From positions 3,570,001-3,602,000 of the forward strand of contig CP178758.1 of the NCBI GenBank assembly GCA_047651235.1: a stretch of 32,000 nucleotides of DNA, read 5' to 3'. The DNA is from Candidatus Electrothrix yaqonensis. GTDB lineage: Bacteria > Desulfobacterota > Desulfobulbia > Desulfobulbales > Desulfobulbaceae. Below the pieces are notes generated by a model that saw nothing but the letters and a program-made list of their open reading frames with translations, had not been told where the DNA came from and made no database searches. The first letter of the stretch is position 1. Each line of letters starts with the position of its first letter. This document shows, piece by piece, positions 1 through 7,729 of the stretch. Both the position numbers and the translations under genes were made by a program.

Positions 1-1036
1 TGTAATGCCAAACCTACGAGCTATCATAGAGGATGGCGAGATCAATCTGAGGCCAGATGTGTATATACGTGACTACATCGGTGATGATGGTGATGCGCAT
101 AGTAGCAGTATTTCGGCTAGCCCTGATGTCATACTCGTTCCTGCAACGGTTGGTGATCCCAATGCAGCCTTTGGTCACGGTAGCGGCACAGAGAACGACA
201 ATACTCTGGGCCATGAGGCTACAGGTGGACAGGATAATTATATCTATGTCCGATGCCTTAACCGTGGTGGTGGAGACGGCACTAACACGACAGCTCGTAT
301 ATTCTGGTCACCGCCTTCAACACTGGTTACTCCCGATCTGTGGACACCAGTCGGCAACGTAACATTGTCAAATGTACCGATTGGGGAAATCCTTACCGTG
401 AGTGACGCCCTAACATGGCCAAACGCTGATATCCCAGCGCCCGGACACTATTGCTTTGTTGCGATCCTTGATCAGGCTCAGGACCCAGGTCCTACACCTG
501 TCGATTTCCTCGATTGGGACAATTTCCGATCATTTATCCGGGAAAACAATAATGTGACATGGCGTAACTTTAATGTGGTACCTAGCTCACCACCACCAGG
601 CAATAAAATGATACGTCAGCCATTCCTGATGGCCGGTGCTTTCGACAAAGCACGCAAAATGCGTCTAGAAGTCACAATGCGTCTGCCCAAAGATGCTAAG
701 GTGCAATTGAGAATACCTGAACACCTTGCTGAATGTATCCAACGCATACGCTCACCATTTACGAAGCAGGAGCGCAAAAAACGCACTGTTCTTGTGCCCC
801 TCAATCCACATGGGCGTACGAGATTTTGCGATGTCATTTTACCTGCAAAAGGAAGGTATGAGTTGGAGCTTCTGGTGAGCATTCCTAAAGAAGCAAGAAA
901 CCACTCCTACCTTGGTTGGGCCGCTCAGTTTGAGGAAGAGCAAGAGCTTGGTCGCGTTACCTGGCAATTTGCTTCAGAAGATGTGTTTGAAAAACGTGAT
1001 GCCCACCTTAAACGGTTTATGAAACGTAAATGCTGA
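1..1036 (+). CDS. Hypothetical protein, probably 5'-truncated by the window edge
   Basis: ORF 5..1036 stays open back to nt 2. The stretch DVYIRDYIGDDGD..SPDVILV..NYIYVRCLNRG resembles, from memory, the beta-rich extension that follows some subtilase domains. That is unverified, and no catalytic motif is visible. An attC-like site follows immediately. Confidence 0.55.
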   Translation, partial: VMPNLRAIIEDGEINLRPDVYIRDYIGDDGDAHSSSISASPDVILVPATVGDPNAAFGHGSGTENDNTLGHEATGGQDNYIYVRCLNRGGGDGTNTTARIFWSPPSTLVTPDLWTPVGNVTLSNVPIGEILTVSDALTWPNADIPAPGHYCFVAILDQAQDPGPTPVDFLDWDNFRSFIRENNNVTWRNFNVVPSSPPPGNKMIRQPFLMAGAFDKARKMRLEVTMRLPKDAKVQLRIPEHLAECIQRIRSPFTKQERKKRTVLVPLNPHGRTRFCDVILPAKGRYELELLVSIPKEARNHSYLGWAAQFEEEQELGRVTWQFASEDVFEKRDAHLKRFMKRKC

Positions 1037-1037
1037 A

Positions 1038-1126
1038 AAGCTAACAAGGCAAATGCACTCGGACGCCAAAAAGCGCCGCTCCTTCGTCGCTCTGCTTTTT
1101 GGCGTCGGTGATTTGCGGCGTTCCAA
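1038..1126 (+). other. attC-like recombination site
   Basis: It starts 2 nt after the TGA at 1034-1036, with ends AAGCTAAC (to 1045) and GTTCCAA (1120-1126). The arms GCAAATGCACTCGGACGCCAAAAAGC and GCTTTTTGGCGTCGGTGATTTGC pair, leaving three unpaired bases on the 5' arm. Confidence 0.65.
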
Positions 1127-1157
1127 AGGCGCGCCCCTTCGGGCCACGCCTTTGGAA
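1121..1157 (+). repeat. GC-rich 37-bp hairpin repeat, copy 1 of 3
   Basis: TTCCAAAGGCG-cgccccttcgggcca-CGCCTTTGGAA. The same sequence lies at 9273-9309, and an inverted copy lies at 12651-12685. All three directly abut the GTT end of an attC-like site. Confidence 0.8.
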
Positions 1158-1299
1158 TGCCGAGTTGACCGTACCGGCCCAACATTTGATTCCTGCGGCG
1201 CTGCGCGCCTTCGGAACCAAACGTTGGACTCGAAATTTTCCCGCAATAATCAACCGCAAGCGGCCATTATACCAGGAAAATTCCGGTCAACTCGGCATT
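1156..1299 (+). mobile_element. 144-bp MITE-like element with perfect 16-bp terminal inverted repeats, copy A
   Basis: AATGCCGAGTTGACCG ... CGGTCAACTCGGCATT. It is identical to copy C (18601-18744) and differs from copy B (9308-9451) by one base. Two internal hairpins are present (CCAACATTTGATTCC..GGAACCAAACGTTGG and ATAAT-caa-CCGCaaGCGG-cc-ATTAT). There is no coding capacity; the track ORFs across it are repeat artefacts. Confidence 0.75.
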
Positions 1300-1368
1300 G
1301 GGCGACGTGAAAAAGCACAGCATAGGAAGCTAAAGCTATCCACCTTAAAGTTATGGCAATATTAAAAT

Positions 1369-2439
1369 ATGAGAACTGCAATGCTGGAAAATCCCAAAGT
1401 ACTTGATTTTGAGTCAGTACAAAATAGAAATAAAATTGAACCATTAGCATCTCATCGGGTTGTCCAATTCATACGAGACGGCGCCACAATTTGTTTAGGT
1501 GATTCATTGAAAATGTATAAACATTGGCTACCACCTACAGTCATTATTTCTGATGGTCCATACGGTCTTGGTTCATATGAAGGAGACCCACATACACCTG
1601 AAAACCTTGCAGATTTTTACGCTGCTCACCTATCCGAATGGAGCAAATACTCCAAACCGAATACTACTTTATGGTTTTGGAACTCCGAACTTGGTTGGGC
1701 AAATGTGCATAATTCAATCCAACAAAACGGTTGGGAATTTCGAAATTGTCACATCTGGAATAAGGGTATTGGCCATATAGCCGGGAACGCAAATACTAAA
1801 ACTTTAAGAAAATTTCCGGTTATTACAGAAGTATGCGTACAGTATGTAAGGAAAGTTGAATTCTCTGTTAATGATCAATTTCTATCCATTAAGGATTGGC
1901 TTCGCCATGAGTGGCAAAGAACAGGTTTGCCTTTTTGTAAAACAAATGAAGCTTGTGGAGTGAAAAATGCTGCTACGAGGAAATATTTTACAAAATGTCA
2001 TTTATGGTATTTTCCTCCACCCCAGGCTTTTGAAATGATACAAAAATACGCAAATAAAAATGGAATCCCAGAAGGAAGGCCATATTTTTCAGTTGATGGT
2101 AAAAAGCCACTTACAAAAAAACAATGGGAGAATATGAGAGCAAAATTCTATTGTAAAGCTGGTATTACGAATGTTTGGTCAGAGCCTGCGGTAAGAGGAG
2201 GGGAAAGGCTTAAAAATAAAAGTAAATGTTTGCATATGAATCAAAAACCATTGAAATTATTGGAATTGATTATTGAATCTTCATCTGATAAAAATGATGT
2301 GATTTGGGAGCCTTTCGGCGGTCTCTGTTCAGCGACAATAGCTGCCCATAAATTAAGTCGTCGTGCATTCGCAGCAGAGATTAATAGTGATTACTTTGAT
2401 ATTTCTACTAAACGGTTGGACAATTATGACATCTTCTGA
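1369..2439 (+). CDS. DNA methyltransferase, N6-adenine/N4-cytosine type, beta-class motif order
   Basis: A motif IV-like VIISDGPYG lies N-terminal. C-terminal are NQKPLKLLELII and VIWEPFGGLCSATIAA (the SAM-binding FxGxG region). The gene overlaps the next one by 14 nt. Confidence 0.8.
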   Translation: MRTAMLENPKVLDFESVQNRNKIEPLASHRVVQFIRDGATICLGDSLKMYKHWLPPTVIISDGPYGLGSYEGDPHTPENLADFYAAHLSEWSKYSKPNTTLWFWNSELGWANVHNSIQQNGWEFRNCHIWNKGIGHIAGNANTKTLRKFPVITEVCVQYVRKVEFSVNDQFLSIKDWLRHEWQRTGLPFCKTNEACGVKNAATRKYFTKCHLWYFPPPQAFEMIQKYANKNGIPEGRPYFSVDGKKPLTKKQWENMRAKFYCKAGITNVWSEPAVRGGERLKNKSKCLHMNQKPLKLLELIIESSSDKNDVIWEPFGGLCSATIAAHKLSRRAFAAEINSDYFDISTKRLDNYDIF

Positions 2440-3346
2440 ACCAATAAGAGAAGTTCCTGCAACAGATTGGGATCATTATAAATTATTTAAAAGAGTTAAA
2501 GAGGCGATTTATAGTCTTCCTTTATATTTTCGAACCGAGACCAATATAGAAGGCATTTCTGCCACGGATATTTTTACATTGAACAGTGCTCTCGGTGCGA
2601 CAATTGAATCTCAGGTAGTTCAAACATTGAATAATATGAGGGCTCTTTGGGACCCGGATGAAGAATATGTAATGTACTCTTTCGTTCGTCAGTCTCAAAC
2701 GTTTCCTGACGTACTTTTAAAGAAAATTGGGGACTCATCTGATGTCGCTGAAATAATACTTGGTATAGAATTGAAAGGTTGGTATCTGCTAGCAAAAGAA
2801 GCAGAACCAAGTTTCCGTTTTCAAGTAACTCCTTCTGCTTGTGCGGTGCATGATTTAATAGTTGTTGTTCCATGGGCTTTAAATAACGTCATTTCTGGCT
2901 CTCCCAAAGTTTTCGTACCATACGTGGAATTTTCACGATATGCAGCTGCATATCGCAACTATCATTGGCAGTACCTACGACAAGCTAAATCAAACACAAA
3001 CATAAATATTCCCACAGATATTACACCCTATCCCAAAAAAAGTGATCCCATATCTGACAAACCTGTTTCTGACGGAGGCGGTAATTTTGGACGCTTTGCT
3101 CGAACCGGTCTGATGGATTCTTATTTACATAAGGCAAAAGAGGAACATATATGTGGCATTTCAGCTGAACATTGGTTAACATTTTTTAAAGTTTTCCAAG
3201 ATCAGAAAAGTATAACTGAGGTTCGTGATCAAATCAAAAAAATCAAAGCAAAAGTCCTTGCAAAAGTAGAAGGGGATGAAAATACTACCTTAATTAATAT
3301 TCAAGAAATATTACTATATATTGATAAAATAGTTGATGAACTTTGA
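2426..3346 (+). CDS. Putative type II restriction endonuclease (PD-(D/E)xK-like)
   Basis: The ATG at 2426 overlaps the methyltransferase stop (ATGACATCTTCTGA). The motif FPDVLL...ILGIELKGW fits PD...ExK. The track's GTG start at 2363 would lie inside the methyltransferase. Confidence 0.6.
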   Translation: MTSSEPIREVPATDWDHYKLFKRVKEAIYSLPLYFRTETNIEGISATDIFTLNSALGATIESQVVQTLNNMRALWDPDEEYVMYSFVRQSQTFPDVLLKKIGDSSDVAEIILGIELKGWYLLAKEAEPSFRFQVTPSACAVHDLIVVVPWALNNVISGSPKVFVPYVEFSRYAAAYRNYHWQYLRQAKSNTNINIPTDITPYPKKSDPISDKPVSDGGGNFGRFARTGLMDSYLHKAKEEHICGISAEHWLTFFKVFQDQKSITEVRDQIKKIKAKVLAKVEGDENTTLINIQEILLYIDKIVDEL

Positions 3347-3408
3347 TGCTCCACTTCGTTCCGCATTTTGAAAACCGGTTAGCTTGTCGTTGTGTTTAAG
3401 GATAATGT

Positions 3409-4656
3409 ATGTTCGATCAGTCTTTTACATATAAAACAATCTCATCGTTAATAACAAAGTCTGATTTTGCTAAAAATCCTGACTTAATAGATAAAAATTA
3501 TAAGTCTCAGATTGTAAACAGTTGCATTGAAAAATCATTAATTGGCTTTACAAGTAGTATTGATGTTGCAGTAAACCAGTTTAAAGGAAAACCAGTTTAC
3601 AAAGTTAAGTTGTTACAGGATGAGTTGTTATTAAGAAAAGCTTCAGAAAATATTAAAAGAATAACAAGTGTAAAACAACAGGATCGAGATAGTATAGTTA
3701 ATAATTTAATATGTTTTTTACGTGAAGGTGTCTCTTACAATATTTATAAATTGGATATCAAGTCATTTTACGAGTCAATAGATACTGTAGAGATGTTAAA
3801 AAATATGAAAAATGATATAACAATTTCTAAACCTACTATTCGCGTAATTGAAACTATATTAAAAAATATTGATGGTTCTGGTTTGAAGGGATTGCCAAGA
3901 GGATTACAGTTAAGTGCGACATTATCAGAGTTAATAATGCGGAAATTTGATAATTACTGCCAAAAACATAATGATATATTTTTTTTCTCTCGCTATGTTG
4001 ACGACATAATAATAATTACAAGTGCATTAGAGGAAGAGTCAGAATTTATAAACAACTTAGAAACTAAGATTTATAGGGGGTTAAAATTCAATTCAAAAAA
4101 AACTGATATTATTAATATTCCAGTTGTTAATAAAAATGACGCTGAAAAAGAATTTGAAAAATTTAAATATCTTGGCTATGAATTTACAATAAAAAATCCT
4201 TCCAAAAAAAATATTAGAGAAAAATACAGGGACGTATTTATTGACATATCTTCAAAAAAAGTTAAAAAAATTAAAACAAGAATAATTCGCGCTTTTCTTT
4301 CTTTTTGCGAAAACAAAGATTATGATTTACTTAAAGACAGAATTAAATTGATCACAGGAAATTATAGCATAATTGATAGGAAATCTGGAGTTAAGAGAAA
4401 AGCCGGAATCTTCTATAGTTATAATCATGTTTCAATCGAAACCTCTTCATCTATTAAAGATTTAGATATATTTCTGAAAAAAGCCCTATTGTCAAGAAAC
4501 AATAAAATCTCAAATGAAGTTAACAATATTTTATCATTAAGTGAAAGACGTAGACTTTTAAAAATTTCATTTAGTAATGGATTTAAAAGGAAAGTATTCT
4601 TTCATTTTCCCCAACAACGATTAGCTAAAATAATGCAATGTTGGGCCTATGAATAA
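3409..4656 (+). CDS. Reverse transcriptase, stand-alone UG/Abi-type (UG3-like by layout)
   Basis: RT motifs KLDIKSFYESI, GLPRGLQLSATLSELIM, FSRYVDDIIIIT, GLKFNSKKT and FKYLGYEF. An AAGGA ribosome-binding site lies 6 nt upstream of the ATG. No retron VTG motif and no group II maturase or X domain is seen. Confidence 0.85.
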   Translation: MFDQSFTYKTISSLITKSDFAKNPDLIDKNYKSQIVNSCIEKSLIGFTSSIDVAVNQFKGKPVYKVKLLQDELLLRKASENIKRITSVKQQDRDSIVNNLICFLREGVSYNIYKLDIKSFYESIDTVEMLKNMKNDITISKPTIRVIETILKNIDGSGLKGLPRGLQLSATLSELIMRKFDNYCQKHNDIFFFSRYVDDIIIITSALEEESEFINNLETKIYRGLKFNSKKTDIINIPVVNKNDAEKEFEKFKYLGYEFTIKNPSKKNIREKYRDVFIDISSKKVKKIKTRIIRAFLSFCENKDYDLLKDRIKLITGNYSIIDRKSGVKRKAGIFYSYNHVSIETSSSIKDLDIFLKKALLSRNNKISNEVNNILSLSERRRLLKISFSNGFKRKVFFHFPQQRLAKIMQCWAYE

Positions 4657-6625
4657 ACAAAATAAAGTAAATAAAAAAGATTACTATAGAATTTTATTGT
4701 CAGAAACTATTCCATCTGAGGTTCCATTTATTTTTTCAAACGATGGATTTTACAAAAATTGTATATTATATGAAAAAAGTAACTATCACCCGATTGAGCT
4801 TTTTCAGATCATTGTTATCAGTGAGCAAGAAGATAAAAGCACTATACCTCTAACTTACAAAATTAGAAAAGACGCCTTTTCATTGAGATCTTTATCACTT
4901 ATGCATCCTTATTCTCAATGGAAATATATTGATTTTTACAGTAATTACAGTGGCATTATTTGTTTTCATTGTTCCAGAAGTAAAGCATCCCTCCGTTCAC
5001 CACAAAAAATTGGCAGCTCTTTTTATGTAAAAAATGAAAATGAAAATATAAAAAAATATAAAATAGATTCAATTGATACTGAAGATGAAGATAAAACAAT
5101 AAAGCATCCTTCATCCTATTTTGCTTATCGGGGTGTTAACAGATTGCACAAGTTTTTTGATTCTAGTAAATACTTGAAGCTTGAAAAAAAGTACTCTTCA
5201 ATGTGGATGATTGATATTGCAAAGTGTTTTGATAGTATTTATACACACACTGTTTCATGGGCAGTAAAATAAAAATATTTTGCTAAAAACAGTATTAATA
5301 TCAAGTCGTCATTTGGACAAAAATTTGATACATTAATGCAACGAAGCAATGATAACGAAACAAATGGTATTATAATAGGTCCAGAAACAAGTAGAATATT
5401 TGCAGAAATTATATTTCAAGATGTAGATATAAAGACAATAGCTGCCTTAGAGAGTAAGCACAACATTCAATTTGATAAAGAATATACTTTTCGGAGATAT
5501 GTTGATGATACATTTATTTTTTCAGTAGACGAAAAGACTACCGTTTTAGTTGTTGAAGAATTAATAGATCAGTTATCCAAATACAATCTTCATATAAACG
5601 AAAATAAAATCGAAAAGCATAGTAGACCTTTTTATACTAAGCAATCAAGAATAATTCGGGCGATTAACTCAGAAATCAACATATTTTTTAAAAAGTTCAC
5701 AAAAAAAGAAATAATTGATAATATAAAATTGATTTTCCCAGAACCAGTATACAGAGTCAACAATCTCATAAACAGTTTTATCAACACAATTAAATCTATC
5801 TGTTCAGAAGCCGGGGGTGATTATAGTTTAGTTTCGGGATATATAATTTCGTCCTTATCTAATAGAATTATCAGGTTGATTGATATTGATCCTGCTCAGA
5901 TAAAAGATAAAAAAGAATATGGTATAAAATATACAAATGCATTTATTACTATATTAGAAACGATATATTTTTTTTATAGTGTTAAACCATCGGTTAATTC
6001 ATCGTATTCTCTTGGCAAATCTGTGGTTGTAAGCTATCGATTTTTTGAAAAGGAGTTTCCTGAGTATATGCCTACAATAAAGCAGAAAATATTTGAATTA
6101 ACAATTGATTTATTAAAACAAAATCAATTTTCAATAAAAACTCATAGAAAAAATCTGGTTCCTCTTGAAAAAATAAATATTATCCTTGCAATAAGCGAAA
6201 TGGGTGAGGATTATCTTTTATCAAATGAATTCATGAAAAAACTATTTAGTTTTAATAGCTTTTCCTTAAATTATTTTGAATTGATGTCTTGCTTATTCTA
6301 TATTAAAGATAATCAAGAATACAACGAGTTAAAAGAAAATATCGAATCAAATATTGAACAGAAGTTAAACGACTTGTCTGATATTGGAAGAAAGTCAGAG
6401 GTCGTTTATATATTTCTCGATAGTTTATCATGTCCATATTTTGATTTTGATTTTAAAGAGAACCTGCTAACCAGATTTTACAGTGAAAACAATAAAAGTA
6501 TACCTGACTTAAATGAGTTAAGAAATATTATAAATTTTATGGAAGATAATGAATGGTTCATTACTTGGAAAAATATTGATCTACTAAACATGTTAGAAAA
6601 AAAAGAATTAAAGACCACTTATTAA
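4649..6625 (+). pseudogene. Second reverse transcriptase (UG8/AbiA-like) interrupted by one in-frame TAA at 5270-5272
   Basis: ORFs 4649..5272 and 5336..6625 share a frame (687 nt apart), and the 21 codons between them have no stop. The upstream piece ends in RT motif 2 (MIDIAKCFDSIYTHTVSWAVK). After the stop the frame reads KYFAKNS..FGQKFDTLMQRSNDNETNGIIIGPETSRIFAEII, then FRRYVDDTFIFS and NLHINENK, followed by a roughly 330-aa helical tail. The start overlaps the RT1 stop (ATGAATAA). Confidence 0.75.
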
Positions 6626-6636
6626 GTATTTCATTT

Positions 6637-6811
6637 TGGGATAAGAGCTCAATATTTGCTCTACACTTTAGATTTTGTATAATTTTAGCAAGACTTAAAA
6701 TGTCATACTCTTTTCTGATAGTTATTTAAACGACGGTTTGGATAACACAAGAAACGAGAGCGGTTTTCCGCACACACATTATGCAATGAGGGCTCTTATC
6801 CCATTTTTTTT
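6637..6811 (+). ncRNA. Candidate structured ncRNA downstream of the RT pair
   Basis: A 12-bp closing stem (TGGGATAAGAGC at 6637-6648, GCTCTTATCCCA at 6792-6803) encloses about 143 nt containing small hairpins, for example GCGG-tttt-CCGC. A run of T8 (6804-6811) follows directly. There is no ORF, and the region sits between the RT2 stop and the next attC-like site. Confidence 0.45.
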
Positions 6812-6833
6812 AAAGCAATCACTATGAAACAAA

Positions 6834-6900
6834 ACACAACATTTGGTTGCAGGGGATTGCATCCGCTGCGCTCCTGCAACCCCTGAACCATGCGTTATGT
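6834..6900 (+). other. attC-like recombination site
   Basis: ACACAAC ... GTTATGT, where the reverse complement of the 3' end matches the 5' end at 6 of 7 positions. The arms TGGTTGCAGGGGATTGCA and TGCAACCCCTGAACCA pair with two bulged bases (G and A). The loop TCCGCTGCGCTCC is identical to the loop of the 7640-7711 site. Confidence 0.75.
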
Positions 6901-6915
6901 GTAAGAGAGAACAAT

Positions 6916-7605
6916 GTGATAAAGAAAATTTGGAAAGATCCAGTATTTAGCAAGCTTATAGCTGCTGCTTTGATTTGGGTATTAGGAATCTTATATCTTG
7001 AGCTGTCTCCTAAATTCCAAAACATTAATTGGTTGACAAAGATTAGTCTGCTTTTGATTCCAACATGTTTTCTTTTGTTATGGGGTGGTATATCGAGATT
7101 AATAAGAAAAATTAAAAAATCAAAAGTTCTTGTTTACCTAAGCACTGGTGGAACTTGTAGAGATCCAATTGCTAAGGTAATTACAGAACAACTTCTTAAT
7201 GAAAAAGGGCTTAACCTTAAATTAGAAATTAAAGCTATGGCAGTGAGTGACAGTTCTGATTTGAAAGTTTCATATGGAGCTAAATATGCCATCAAGTCAG
7301 TATATGGTAAAGATTTACTGTCTAATCATAAGTGTAGACAAATCACAAAGGATATATTTGAAAACGCAGATTTGATTATAGTAATGTCGCAAGATGTTCT
7401 CAAAATGCTTGAGTTGAAATTTCCTCAAAGAAACGAGAGAGTTTATTTATTCAAAGAGTTTTTTGGGCTTAGTGGAGACGTTACAAATCCATGGCCGGAT
7501 GGACAGGATGAAGAAACTTTGAAAAGGTATCTTAATTGCGTAAATGAAATAAAGAGTGTTTTGGTATCTTATTTCGATAAATTGGTTAATGCATTAGCAG
7601 TTTAG
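6916..7605 (+). CDS. Membrane-anchored LMW protein-tyrosine-phosphatase/ArsC-fold protein lacking canonical catalytic residues
   Basis: Two N-terminal hydrophobic helices are followed by VLVYLSTGGTCRDP, which aligns with VCxGNxCRSP, and by DLIIVMSQD and DVTNPW, which align with DLILTM and DPY. I propose the GTG start at 6916, preceded by AGAGAG, because the track's TTG start at 6847 lies inside the attC-like site. Confidence 0.65.
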   Translation: MIKKIWKDPVFSKLIAAALIWVLGILYLELSPKFQNINWLTKISLLLIPTCFLLLWGGISRLIRKIKKSKVLVYLSTGGTCRDPIAKVITEQLLNEKGLNLKLEIKAMAVSDSSDLKVSYGAKYAIKSVYGKDLLSNHKCRQITKDIFENADLIIVMSQDVLKMLELKFPQRNERVYLFKEFFGLSGDVTNPWPDGQDEETLKRYLNCVNEIKSVLVSYFDKLVNALAV

Positions 7606-7639
7606 TATTGATTCGAATACTGCTGAATAAAAAAAGAAC

Positions 7640-7711
7640 ACATAACAAATCACTGCACTGGATTTTTATTCCGCTGCGCTCCATAAAAACCAGTGAGTTC
7701 AGTCGTTATAC
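7640..7711 (+). other. attC-like recombination site
   Basis: ACATAAC ... GTTATAC. The arms CACTGGATTTTTAT and ATAAAAACCAGTG pair with one bulged A. The loop is TCCGCTGCGCTCC. Confidence 0.75.
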
Positions 7712-7729
7712 ATAAAAATTAAATAAAAA

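Noticed and set aside
1156-1299. The 144-bp inverted-repeat element as a retron msr-msd ncRNA for the nearby RTs
   Set aside because: It has a retron-like outline, with terminal repeats and short and long hairpins when read on the minus strand. However, there are three near-identical copies, two of them far from any RT. The nearest copy is separated from RT1 by the R-M genes and would be on the opposite strand. The RTs also lack retron-specific motifs.
1156-1299. The 144-bp element as an attC site
   Set aside because: Its ends read GTTGACC at the 5' end and GGTCAAC at the 3' end on either strand. That is GTT first and AAC last, the reverse of the AAC...GTT order of attC sites. The terminal stem is perfect rather than bulged.
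1053-1365. Track ORFs across the repeats (1053..1310, 1099..1365, 9152..9478, 9112..9411, and the 18610 start)
   Set aside because: The same peptide strings (for example LTVPAQHLIPAALRAFGTKRWTRNFPAI) recur because the DNA repeat recurs. There are no ribosome-binding sites, and the sequences are GC-rich hairpin DNA, so these are artefacts.
3335-3384. A possible short attC between the endonuclease and RT1 (GATGAAC ... GTTAGCT)
   Set aside because: Only three short blocks pair (AAC/GTT, TTT/AAA, ATGC/GCAT). The ends match at 3 of 7 positions. At 50 bp the span is shorter than the smallest attC sites I know of. I treat it as unsupported.
6847-6915. TTG start at 6847 for the phosphatase-fold gene
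   Set aside because: These codons lie inside the attC-like palindrome (6834-6900). A GTG at 6916 preceded by AGAGAG gives a cleaner gene that begins after the recombination site.
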